64,000 nt of DNA from Octopus sinensis (lineage: Eukaryota), in contig NC_042998.1 of the NCBI RefSeq assembly GCF_006345805.1, positions 183,148,001 to 183,212,000 on the forward strand. The letters run 5' to 3'. Position 1 is the stretch's first letter; each line of letters opens with the position of its first letter. The position numbers were made by a program, and so were the translations under genes. Positions 51,815-63,410 of the stretch are shown one piece after another. The notes beneath the pieces are model-generated. The model had not been told where the DNA came from and ran no database searches. It saw nothing but the letters and a program-made list of their open reading frames with translations.

Positions 51815-52712
51815 CTAACTGCGCATGTTATTGTTGATAGGTGACGCCATCATAGTGATAGTTTACACTTCCGTCGTTTACCTTAACTACTGTCCTCGTG
51901 AAACTATGTCAATCAATCGACGAGGTCTGTCATATTTTAAAACATTATCCACCCCCACTCGTTATGTTTGTTGAGCTTTTTTTTTGGCACACTTTTACCT
52001 GTTTATCTTTTTCACACTTTTAAATCATGTTTTTTTCCTTCTATCTTTCCTCATTAAAGTCATCATTGTGCATTCATATATAATATTTCATATGTACATA
52101 TGTATATATATATAAATATATGTAGGTCCCGGGTTGAGTCGGGGTTAACCACAGTAAATAAGGTACTCAATACATAGCAGAGTAAATTAATTTATTTTAT
52201 AGAAGGAGCTTCTACAGGACTAGAACTGTTTCGATTTCATTTGAATGAAACAGTTCTAGTCCTGTAGAAGCTCCTATAAAATAAATATATATATATATAT
52301 CGTTTCTTCTAAAATTAAAAATATGTACGTCATTGTTTTGATTTGCGCTGTTCTTCCACGTGACGATTTGTTTTCTGATATTTTTAAATTTCTAAAAAAA
52401 TTTACCTGACCTGGCGAATTTTGTAAAAATATTCTCTAAATTGTCATTTCAAATTATCATTGTCTCACTTTCTTTAAGAGCGCGCTATCCTAAAACTATT
52501 TCTCCTAACTTTGTAGTTTATTCTCTCCTCCCACTTCGTTTTATATGTCATTAGCGTTTTGTTTGTTTACAACAACTGTTTTGTGTAGTTTCTGTTACTA
52601 AGACGTGTATAGATTAACTGTCGACTCCGCAGAGGTACTTTGTTTACATGTCTGACTATCACTATGTAAACATCATTGAAATGATGTTTACAGAACTTAT
52701 TTGAACAAGGTA
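51815..52712. promoter_or_regulatory. Promoter-like, possibly bidirectional region upstream of ARL13B
   Basis: Local CpG enrichment; TGCGCATG (51820-51827), ETS-type CGGAAGTG (51866-51873, minus), half-CRE (52326-52332), GTCACGTG E-box (52357-52364), four GTAAACA forkhead sites (52564-52691). Outward-facing donors AAG|gtaaac (minus, 51882) and AAG|gtagat (plus, 52709). Confidence 0.5.
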
Positions 52713-53062
52713 GATCATTTTGTAGCTTGTCTATTTGTGTCTGTGAGTGTGTGTACATATAAATATATATACGCACACGTGTGTGTGTATGTATATGTGT
52801 GTGTGTGAGTGAATGAATGAATAACAGATGTGAACGCAGAAAATAAAGGTCTTTTTCCTCACTGAAATTATACCTTATAAATTGATATTGTTATGTACCT
52901 GATCTAATACTAATTCTCTTATATATCTAAAACGTATTAGTTGCCAGTATGTGTGTGCGTGTTCACCTTTTTTTTTTTTTTTTCTATCATGATAAATTCT
53001 GATATAATCTTAATCCACACATTCTGAAAGGTATTTGTAAAGTACCCATTTTTTCTCTACAG

Positions 53063-53259
53063 GGAAACAAAGCTAGCATCTGTGAATTTCCAAAACACCT
53101 CCCTCCATCCGCAGAAAAAATGTTTTTTTCACAACAAATTCCGATATAATTAGATTGTACACCCTTTGAAGCGTATTTGTAAAAAAAATTTATTTGAAAA
53201 TATCCATTTTTCTGGAAGTTATAAGGCAACAAAATCGGTGGTGGGGTCACATTTTGTAG
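53063..53259 (+). other. Candidate non-coding 5' UTR exon of ARL13B
   Basis: Acceptor ccattttttctctacag and donor TAG|gtatgc; non-repetitive, lies between the promoter-like region and coding exon 1. No transcript evidence. Confidence 0.4.
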
Positions 53260-53648
53260 GTATGCCATAAGAGTTAATATAAGATGGACAAAAGATAAGC
53301 AAAATTTGGTCTGAAAAGTAACCGGGCAAAACTCTGAGCTTTGTATATTAAAACACCCAAAATGAATTGAAAGTTTAAAATTCTAGCCAAAATACTAGAA
53401 ACAGAATTGTATCGTAAAAGCAGAAAATTTAGTATTATATTACAAACCATATCTTAGACTCAGAAAATTAGCAAAATTGTATAATAAATTATTTTAACAT
53501 ATTTGTTATTACAGTACAGTATTTGTTCAGGAATTTTTAAACTGACGATTGTTGTCATTATGAAAAACTTTAGCCAAAGACAAAAACTTTTATGTCTATA
53601 ATAACATGCTATATGTATGTATGTGTGTGTATGCATATATATATAATA

Positions 53649-53733
<85 letters not shown>

Positions 53734-54054
53734 TATATATATGTCACATATATGTATATATATGTGTGTGTGTATATGTATATATATGTGTGTATATATA
53801 TAATATATATAATATATATATGTGTGTGTGTGTGTGTAATGTATGTATAAGGACAAAGGAGATTTTAGTATAAATATTAAAAACCTTCAACAGGCGCAGG
53901 AGTGGCTGTGTGGTAAGTAGTTTGCTTACCAACCACATAGTACCAGGTTCAGTCCGACTATGTGGCACCTTGGGCAAGTGTCTTCTATTATAGCCTTGGG
54001 CTGACCAAAGCCTTGTGAGTGGATTTGGAGACGAAAACTGAAAGAAGCATATTG

Positions 54055-54088
<34 letters not shown>

Positions 54089-54096
54089 TATACATA

Positions 54097-55304
54097 CAGG
54101 GGTTGGACAAAATAATGGAAACACCTAGCATTATAGCATCATAATTTTGAAAGATCTATAAAACCGTCACAAGTTTGTTATTTTTATGTTTTTTTTATTT
54201 ATTATTAGTATTGGTTAATATGTTTTGCTAAAATTGCTGTTTCTTTTCAGATACCATCAGAAAAAGGTTATTAAAACGATAGATCTATCGAACTTTCAAA
54301 GAGGTCAAATTGTTGGTGCTCATATGACTGGTGCTAACATAACGAAAACAGCCAAAATGTTTGGTGTATCAAGAAGTACTGTCTTGAAAGTAATGATAGC
54401 CTTTGAGAAAGTGGGAAAACCTCCTCATCGAAACAAAACTCCGGAAGAAAACCAAAATTTCCAGATAGGGACCATCGGACTCTTACTGCGGAGCTTAATG
54501 ACCAGCTCAAGAACCTAGTTTCTACAAAAACTGTTCACTGGGAGCTGCACAAAGCTGGGAGGAATGCAATCAGAAAAGCACTACTTTCAAAAACAAACAT
54601 TGCAAAGCGTTTAGAGTGGAGTAAAAACCTACAGAATTGGTCCCTAGAGCAGTGGAAGAATGTTATTTTCTCAGACAAGTTATTCTTTACCTTATTTCCA
54701 ACCACTGGCCGAGTATATGTGTGGAGACAGCCAAAAGAAATATTTGATCCAGACTGCCTTCTTCCAACTGTTAAACTTGGAGGAGGATCTGTGATGATCT
54801 GGGGGACAATATCTTGGAAATCTGCCAGCCCAATGGTTTCCCTTCATGGCAGAATTAATAGTCAAGACTATTTAAACATTTTAACTGATCAAATTCATCC
54901 TATGGTTGCAGGACTGATTCCGGAGGGAAACACAAACTTTCAGGATGGTAATGCAACAATTCATACTGCTAAAGTTGTTACTGAATGCCACGAGGAACAT
55001 TCTAGTGAAGTTGAACATCTTATCTGGCCACCACAATCCCCAGATCTCAATGTTATTGAACATTTATGGTGCCCTTTAGAAAAACAAGTAAGGAGCCGAT
55101 ATCCTCCAACATCATCACTACAAGAACTGGAGACTGTTTTAGCTGAAGAATGGACAAAAATTCCTTTGGAAACAATTCAAACTTTGTTTGAGTCCATACC
55201 TTGTAGAATTCAAGCTGTAATTACTGCTGAAGGTGTTTCTACCCCATATTGAAATACATTTGTTTGAAATTTTAAGGTGTTTACATTATTTTGTCCAACC
55301 CCTG
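54097..55304 (+). mobile_element. Near full-length Tc1-family transposon, inactivated (in the ARL13B 5' intron)
   Basis: TA TSD, 30-bp TIRs CAGGGGTTGGACAAAATAATG(G/T)AAACACCT; HTH (FQRGQIVG...FGVSRSTV), FSD, GGSVMIWG and WPPQSPDLNVIE motifs; frameshifts and QDGNA substitution. Confidence 0.95.
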
Positions 55305-55688
55305 TATATATGTGTGAGTGTATGTGTATATATATATTTTCATGGCCACTTTGCTCTGGCCCCTGTGCCGGTGGCACGTGAAAAACACCCACTACACTCA
55401 CGGAGTGTTGGCGTTAGGAAGGGCATCCAGCTGTAGAAACACTGCCAAACCAGACTGGAGCCTGGTGCAGCCTTCATGGCTTCCCAGACCCCGGTTGAAC
55501 CGTCCAACCCATGCTAGCATGGAAAACGAACGTTAAATGATGATGTGTTTGTGTTCATAATTATTTAGCTCTTTGTCAGTACTGTCAAGAAAATCAATAA
55601 TCTATCATTTTCCTTTTTTAACTATTTTCCAGAGAGTTAATTTGATAACTTATTACAACTCACCTGTACCCATCCAATTGGAAGAACA

Positions 55689-55747
55689 ATGCTTACAGTG
55701 TTTAGAAATTGTGCAAATCTACTAATTAGTAAGTGTAAAACCAAAAG
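55689..55747 (+). CDS. ARL13B: ARL13B coding exon 1 (MLTVFRNCANLLISKCKTK-R)
   Basis: ATG at 55689, 59 nt to AG|gtatgt donor; phase 2 joins the next exon to give R-KLTF. Length matches the recalled 59-nt human first coding segment, and Cys8 (palmitoylation position) is retained. Upstream acceptor ttttccag at 55625-55632. Confidence 0.85.
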
Positions 55748-56881
55748 GTATGTATTATTGATTGTACAATTTACTTTGTTCTGAAAGTGGATGAGTGACA
55801 GAAAATGTCAATGTGTTGCCTGAGAGAATTTTGTTCTTGCCTTCTAAATTTTAAGTTCAAATCCCACCAGGGTTGATAAATTAAGTACCAGTCATCTACT
55901 GGGATCAATTCATTTATCTCTTCCTCATCAATATCTCTCACTTCCATCATTTGTCTCCTTCCTTTCTCATTCTTTCTTTTACCTTCACGCCATTCAGTAT
56001 AGCTTTCCTATCCACTCTCCTTACCTCCAAGTAACATGTAGCTCTCTCTCTCTCTCTCTCTCTCAGTACTACTTCTCCTCCATCACCCTCTCACTCTTGT
56101 CATTCTATTTACCTCATCATAATTTCCCTTCTGTCACCTTTTTATCTTAGTTCTGTCATCTTCATTTTTCTCTTATTCACTTCTTGGCCACCATGTTCTC
56201 TTGAACAGATAACAGAGTAGAGAAGATCTTTAACCTTTCTCTGGACAAGTTAACCTTTCTCATGCTGGTGCCATGATAAAATGCACCCAGTACATTCTGT
56301 AACGTGGTTAGTGAATGAATAATATAGGGATGAAAGGACTCTATAGTCTTACCAAGGACATGGTAGCCTCTGTGGTTTGATGAAGGCAGTATGAGCTAAC
56401 GTAGCTCATTCTAGCTTCATCCAACAGATACTGGCATGTTGAGAAGAGAACAAATTCCACATAAAGATCCATATGTTCCAAACATAGGTATTCAATATTT
56501 CTATAACCAGGAAACTTGTTCCCTATGGACTGAGTACCTCTATTGTTTAGGGTTAGTTAACAACTGGTGTCTGAAAAGGAAATTTTTTGTTTATCTCTTT
56601 GACTGGATGCCAGCATATGAGCTCCAAGCATGTTACTCTAGGTAATTACTGCCATCAATACTCAGAACCCACCATTCTTCTTGGCCTCACTACTCATGTG
56701 AATGTCCAAACTTATTGACAAAGACTCATTCACCAACACACCACAAGCACCACTCGTTTACAAACACTTTTCCTCCTTTTTTTTCTCTTCTACTACCACT
56801 GCTGTTTCTGCCTCATGCACAAGTCCTCACATGCACCCACATCTTGCAATCCCTATTGTACATCAACCCTATGTTAGTAAT

Positions 56882-57047
56882 AGGCGCAGGAGTGGCTGTG
56901 TGGTAAGTAGCTTGCTTATGAACCACATGGTTCCAGGTTCAGTCCCACTGCGTGGCACCTTGGGCAAGTGTCTTCTACTATAGCCTCGGGCCAACCAAAG
57001 CCTTGTGAGTGGATTTGGTGGACAGAAACTGAAAGAATCCCGTCGTA

Positions 57048-57105
<58 letters not shown>

Positions 57106-57302
57106 TGTGTTTTTGTCCCCCCGACATCGCTTGACAACCGATGGCGGAGTGTTTACGTCCCCGTAACTTAGCGGTTCAGCAAAAGAGAATGATAAAATAA
57201 GTACTAGGCTTACAAAGAATAAGTCCTGGAGTCAACTTGCTCGACTAAAGGTGGTGCTCCAGCATGGCCACAGTCAAATGACTGAAACAAGTAATGAAAA
57301 AA
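56882..57302 (+). mobile_element. Second tRNA-derived SINE family, full length with internal (TA)n; 5' half at 53889-54060, 3' half at 23955-24125
   Basis: ggcgcaggagtggctgtgtggtaag (A-box-like) and ggttcagtccc (B-box-like) head; shared body among the copies. Confidence 0.8.
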
Positions 57303-58040
57303 AGAAACACCCATCACTATACAAAATTACTCTTGAATTTGTCAAAATCACTATTTTCAGAAATTAAACCACAGTTTTGTACCTATAGTTTCCTTGAAGT
57401 TTCTCGTTATTTCTATTGATGACAGCAGTGAATTGGCAGAATGTTTAACAACAGACATTAAGAAAAACTTGCTGCATTTGTTCTGGCCCTTTATGTTCTG
57501 AGTTCAGACTCTGGAGTACCCCTAGGGTGGATAAAGTCAAGTACTAGTCAAGACTTGATTGAATCATTTAACCCTTTAGTGTTAACATTATTCTACCAAA
57601 ATTAATGCTTTTTTCATCCACTTTGTTTTGAACTAATCATGCATTATCTTGTAGCTATGAGATTTTGACGAGGTAACTGTTAATTTTTTAAACAATATTG
57701 TAGGGTTGGTGTGAGAGACCAGATCTGACCAGTTTGAACATAAAACAGGCAGAATACTTTTGGCCAGATATGGCCTGTTTATTTGCTAAAGGGTTAAACC
57801 TCTCCTGCCAAATTCCTGGCTATGTATTTATGTTGGAAACAGTTATGTCTATTAATTATTTTATTGTCTAATCTTTTCTTTCATCCTTTCGGAGTCAGTT
57901 GAACATCAGGGTCGATATAATTGACTTGACCCCTCCCCTGAAATTACTGGCCCTGTGCTAAAATTTGAAACCAATATTATCAGTGATATTTTGTAAACTA
58001 TTAGCAGGATGTTTTACCTTTTCTTTTATATCTCTTTCAG

Positions 58041-58111
58041 AAAATTGACATTTGCTATTCTAGGTCTTGATGATGCTGGTAAAACCACTACAGCAAAGGG
58101 TCTTTCAGGAG
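58041..58111 (+). CDS. ARL13B: ARL13B coding exon 2 (KLTFAILGLDDAGKTTTAKGLSG, P-loop)
   Basis: ctctttcag acceptor, G|gtaagt donor, 71 nt, Arf-family G1 box GLDDAGKT; phases 2 to 1 fit both neighbours. Confidence 0.95.
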
Positions 58112-59880
58112 GTAAGTTTGTTTATTATGTGAGTTTTTTGTATATGCTTTACATCACTAAAATGAGTTAGAAGGCCCTTTTCAAATCTAATCTGGGGCCA
58201 CACTACAAATGCTCTCATGTTGTATTGACTTACATGAAGTGTATTGTGACAGCTATGAATGTTACTGTTTGGTCTGTTTTTAAGTGTTACAGCCAAGGAC
58301 AGAAATTTAGTGGAAAACTTGGTGATTGGGAATTCATTTCTGTGCTTTCAGAGATTGTTATTTTATACATCATGTACATGGCATAACAAGATTCTGGAGC
58401 AATTAAAAGAGAAACATACTTGATCTTGTAATTTCCGAAATTGCAGACAGGGACGAAAAGGATGAAGACATAATGATAATGATTAAGGACTAAGGAGCAA
58501 TTATATAGAAGATGCTTTTTTTGACACTTCATTCAAGCCAACAGATAGCATTGGTGGATGGGTGTGGTATGATAAAGATTTTGAGATCATGAGTGGAATC
58601 TTTGTTGTAAACAAAGAAGTTTATAAAGATATATTTGTGAACAAGGAATAAATGACCAGAAGGCATGATTAGAAAATTTACTAGTAACAAGTGGGACTGA
58701 ACATAAGGAAACATTCATTTTGCAAGAGCAGTGAATACTTGGGACAGCTTTTGGGAAAGTGTGGTAAATTCAAAATTAGTGATGGACCATGTCTGGAAAA
58801 ACACATGCAAAGATTCATCCATAACATCAAACATACACAGCCACCATGACCACCACCAAATGAAACAGAATTGGTGCCATAGACATATTATCAGAAGTCA
58901 TTTGGGAGTTGAAATCATTTCAGTAATGCATTTTATGTTTGTCTAGATTAGGTGAACGAGTACGTTATTAGAATGATAATATTGTATACAGCTCAGTGAT
59001 TAAAGTGTCAGACTCACAATCATGAGGTAGTGAGTTTGATTCCTGGACTAGACTATGTATTATGTCCTTGAACAAGACACTTTACTTCACATTGCTCCAG
59101 TACACTCAGCTGTTGTGACATCACTGGTTCCAAGCTGTATCGGCTTTGCCTTTCCCTTGAATAATATTAGTGGCACAGAGATTGGAGGCTGGTATGCATG
59201 GGCAACTGCTATTCTTCCATAAACAACCTTGCCCAGTCTTGTGCCTCAGAGGGTAACTTTCTAGGTGTAATCCCATGGTCATTCATGACCAAAGGGGATC
59301 TTTGCCCTTTTTCCTTTATTAATGTGTAGATAGATATCCATTGGTACTTAATACTCAGGATTAGAAAGCCTAATAACTGGAGATTGAAGATAACAAAAAA
59401 TTAAATTTTATAGTGATATGAGTTCACAAGAGAAAAGTGTGTATATATTTTTTACTGTTGTGACCAGTTTTGTTGTTTTTGGTATAGCAGGCCTACGATC
59501 AAAGGCATTCCATCCATGTCTGTCACTGCAGTTTTTTGTTGGTTTTTTTTTGTTTTTTTGTTGTTGTTTTTTCAGTATGTAGTGTATTTCAGAGTAATTT
59601 TAGCCAATGTAAACAATGTTGTAAATACTATGGATGGTAATAAGTTCAATGGAAAGCATACAAAGTAGTCCTGAGTGAGCTTTAGAAAACCAGAGTCACT
59701 TAAAACAAACAACAGAAGAAGTAATTCAAGATGCTGCATATATATTAGTAAATCAAAGAACTAATCATAGTACAGAAAATGATAAGGTTATGTTTTACTA
59801 GTTATTTTGGTTGCATATTGTATTTCTTTATGATTGTCTTGTTTATTTTTTTTTTTATTTTTTGTTTCCTTTTCTTTTAG

Positions 59881-60133
59881 AGACCAATCATACAGATACA
59901 ACTGTTACCATTGGTTTTGATAAAGAGGAGATTAAACTAGATAAATATGAAATTACTTTGTTTGATCTTGGAGGCGGTAAAAAAATCCGTGACATATGGC
60001 ATAATTACCTCACAGAAGTCTTTGGCATTATCTTCGTGATCGATTCTAGTAATCAGTCAAGAATGGAAGAAACTAAAGAGGTTCTCACCCATGTTCTGGA
60101 AAGTCCCTTTGTAATTGGAAAGCCACTATTAGT
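59881..60133 (+). CDS. ARL13B: ARL13B coding exon 3 (switch I/II; FDLGGGKKIRDIW...IIFVIDSS...GKPLLV)
   Basis: Long polypyrimidine acceptor, GT|gtaaga donor, 253 nt. DLGGG (Gly instead of the catalytic Gln) is diagnostic of ARL13; overlaps ORF-track 59811-60137. Confidence 0.97.
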
Positions 60134-61299
60134 GTAAGATTAACTTTTTTTTCTTTTTTTGTATAATTTTTATTTCTAAGTCTTTTGTGAATCTATAGAA
60201 AAGATTAACTCCCAATAGAAAAAAATAGGTAGGAATTCCATACAGTGTGCCCAATATAAATTTTGGATATACAAGAGGTGTAGTCGTCACACTTGGAAAG
60301 TAGGCTTCATATGTGGTTGATACATAAGAATAGCTAGCAAATAAAGCACAAGTGAAATTAATTCCTTCAAATGCTTAGCAATCTCCCTAGAATTAGTCGA
60401 AAGCTTTTGTTACTTAGGTTGCCTAATTAAGAGTAGAAATGAGTGTCCCAAAAGCATAGTTGCTTGAGTGAGAACAGGGTGGAAAATATATATTCAGGGA
60501 TTATTATTTTTGTTGGCAACAAAAAGATTTTCTTTCTGAAAGCAGGACAGATTGCATGATGCTGTTGTATGAGGTGCAATGCTGCATGGTAACAGATTTT
60601 CAAAATCCAAAGAGAAATGAAGTAAGCTTGTTTTACTGGCTCTGTAATGCCAGTGTGCATGAGAGCAAAAATGCGCTGAAAGAAAAATTGGAAGTATTGA
60701 TATGGGTATATGATGCTTATAGATGATATAAGTTGTATAAAAGCATGTCAAATGCTTGAAATAGATGAGACTTGTGAATGAGGGTGACCTTGCTTGGAAA
60801 CAGGTGAGGGTTGATGACAGGAAGAGCATGCAGCCACAGACAATCTGTCTCAACAAATTCTGTCTAACCCATGCAAGCATGGAAAAGTGGACGTTAAAAT
60901 GATAATGATTATGAATCACTGTAGTCCTATAAGAATCTTAGTGACAACTAGAAAGTCACAAACTGATGTATTTTTTCTGGGAAGTTTTAGGTAATTAGAG
61001 TTTTACCAAACATTTTAACAGTTGTAGTAAAATGACTTGAAGTTCATCCTGGCAACTTTGTTGTTATGGCAACCTCACTAATGCTTGCGGCATGAAAAAA
61101 GCACCCAACACATCCTGTAAATTGGTTGGTGTTAGGAAGGGCATTCAGCAGTAGAAAGCATCCATAAGCAGACTTAGAGCACAGTGCAGTCCTTGGGCCT
61201 ATCAGATCCTGTGGAACCATCCAATCCATGCTAGCATGGAAAATGGACGTTAAATGATGACATCCTTCTTGGGACACAAAACTCTACTTGTGAAAATCA

Positions 61300-61622
61300 A
61301 AATCAAAATCGATCAACATCAATGGAAATTACAGCTGTGATACCAGTGCCGGTGGCACGTAAGAGAACCATCCGAACATGGCCATTGCCAGTGCCACCCC
61401 GACTGGCGTTTGCCAGCCTCGTCTGGCACCTGTGCCAGTGGCACGTAAAAAGCACCCACTACACTCACAGAGTGGTTGGCATTAGGAAGGGCATCCAGCC
61501 GTAGAAACACTGCCATATCAGACTGAGCCTGGTGCAGCCTTCTGGCTTCCCAGACCCCAGCTGAACTGTCCAACCCATGCTAGCATGGAAAGCAGACTTT
61601 AAACGATGATGATGATGATGAT
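61300..61622 (+). mobile_element. RTE 3' UTR copy (further copies near 18640-18790, 22093-22255, 34043-34130, 39740-39880, 50323-50471, 55340-55545, 60830-60910, 61085-61262)
   Basis: Shared ...aacccatgctagcatggaaa.cggacgttaaa(tga)n terminus. Confidence 0.8.
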
Positions 61623-61760
61623 GAATTTATCTTACTAAACATAAATGTTTAATGCATTTGAAATTATTGATCAAGTAATTATAAACTTATAATTTCAAAA
61701 ATATTTATCCTTTCATAATGCCATGAAATAAAAAGAAAATGTTAATTTTATGTCTTGTAG

Positions 61761-61866
61761 GTTGGCTAACAAGCAGGACCAAGCTGGAGCATTAGATGAG
61801 CTGGATGTCTGTGACATACTTTCCCTTGAATCTTTAGTCAATCAAAGCAAATGTCCCTGCCGAGTG
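61761..61866 (+). CDS. ARL13B: ARL13B coding exon 4 ([35 protein letters not shown])
   Basis: tcttgtag acceptor, GTG|gtacag donor, 106 nt, G4 box NKQD; ARL13B-typical LSLE.LVN..KC.C. Confidence 0.95.
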
Positions 61867-62011
61867 GTACAGAACTATTTCTTCCTTTTTTATAACATTT
61901 ACATATTTTTTTTTCCAGTAATTTTCAGTAGAAGAGAACCTATTGGGTTACGAATTTGGGAGTTCATTTCAGCACATTAGGCAGCAAGCTAACAGAATCA
62001 TTAGCATGTCA

Positions 62012-62413
62012 AGGCAGCGAGCTGGCAGAAACGTTAGCACGGCTGGCGAAATGCTTAGCGGTATTTCGTCTGCCACTATGTTCTGAGTTCAAATTCCGCC
62101 ATGGTCGACTTTGCCTTTCATCCTTTCGGGGTTGCTTAAATAAGTACCAGTTATGCACTGGGGTCGATATAATCGACTTAATCTGTTTGTCTGTCCTTGT
62201 TTGTCCCCTCTGTGTGTAGCCCCTTTTGGGCAGTAAAGAAATAGGTATTTTGTCAACTGCCGCGTTCTGAGTTCAAATTCCGCCGAGGTCGACTTTGCCT
62301 TTCATCCTTTCGGGGTCAATTAAATAAGTACCAGTTACGCACTGGGGTCAATATAATCGACTTAATCTGTTTGTCCCCTCTGTATGTAGCCCCTTGTGGG
62401 CAGTAAAGAAATA
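62012..62413 (+). mobile_element. Young SINE partial dimer nested in an older SINE of the same family
   Basis: 18-bp exact TSD agaatcattagcatgtca (61994-62011 and 62414-62431); internal head-to-tail duplication. Confidence 0.85.
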
Positions 62414-63144
62414 AGAATCATTAGCATGTCAGACAAAATGCTATGGGCATTTCTTCTGGCTCAAGTTGACCTTGTCTTTCGTCACTTCAGGGTCAATAAA
62501 ATAAAGTACTAGTCAGGTACTGAGATTGATGTAATTGATTTACCTCTTCCTTTCAAAATTGCTGGCCTTGTACCCTGCAACAAATCAGCATCCCATTTGG
62601 AGGTGATGTGGTGATCTTGATCACACAGCTTGGAACCTGGGTATCTGGCCTTATGGGTCCTGGGGCGAAATCCCCCCCCAAAAAAAATCATCACATACAA
62701 CACCACCACCACCATCACTCTAACAACCTCACTTTACTGTCAACACATGCAATACTTGGTGGCTCAAACAGTGAGGGAACCTGTATCAGGTCAATTTATC
62801 TGCCAGAAATACCAACCAAATCTCTCCCTTTGAGATACAGGTACTACTCACTTTTGCCTGCTGAGTGAAGTAGAGCAACATGAAATAAAGTGTCTTACCC
62901 AAGGACACAGCATGTCGCTGGGAATTGAACTCACAACCTTGCGATTGTGAGCCAAATACCCTAACCACTAAGCTATGCACTTTTGGTCCATGATATACAG
63001 AGAAAGATAAAATGGTTGTGGCTTTTTTCCTGACTCTAGTCAGTTAGGGGTAACCTGAAGCAAAACAACAATAATTACAAAGTGGTTTTATATGGAATTC
63101 ACTATATTTCAATGTAGTAATACTGATGGTTTCGATGTTTACAG

Positions 63145-63347
63145 GAATCCTGTTCAGCTTCCCTTGGAAGTGGACGTAAACTAGATAAGAATATAACCAA
63201 AGGAATAATGTGGTTGTGTAACATAGTCGATCAACAGTATGATTTCTACAATGAACGTGTCGTGAAAGAAATGAAAGCCATGTGTGAAGAAAAAAAAATC
63301 AAAGACGAAGAGAGGAAAATTAGAGTAAAGAAGATTCGAGAAGAAAG
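63145..63347 (+). CDS. ARL13B: ARL13B coding exon 5 (ESCSASLGSGRKLDKNITKGIMWL...NERVVKEM...coiled-coil start)
   Basis: gtttacag acceptor, AG|gtattt donor, 203 nt open frame, G5 (CSA) followed by a charged coiled-coil segment. The gene continues beyond the window. Confidence 0.93.
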
Positions 63348-63370
63348 GTATTTTTATTGAATTCTTGTTG

Positions 63371-63410
<40 letters not shown>

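Noticed and set aside
52587-52604. RFX X-box candidate (GTTACTAAGAC)
   Set aside because: Only one half-site matches; too weak to call.
56882-56960. tRNA-like sequences (also 27820, 48600, 53889, 62012, 62900)
   Set aside because: SINE heads with A/B boxes but no complete cloverleaf; followed by SINE bodies.
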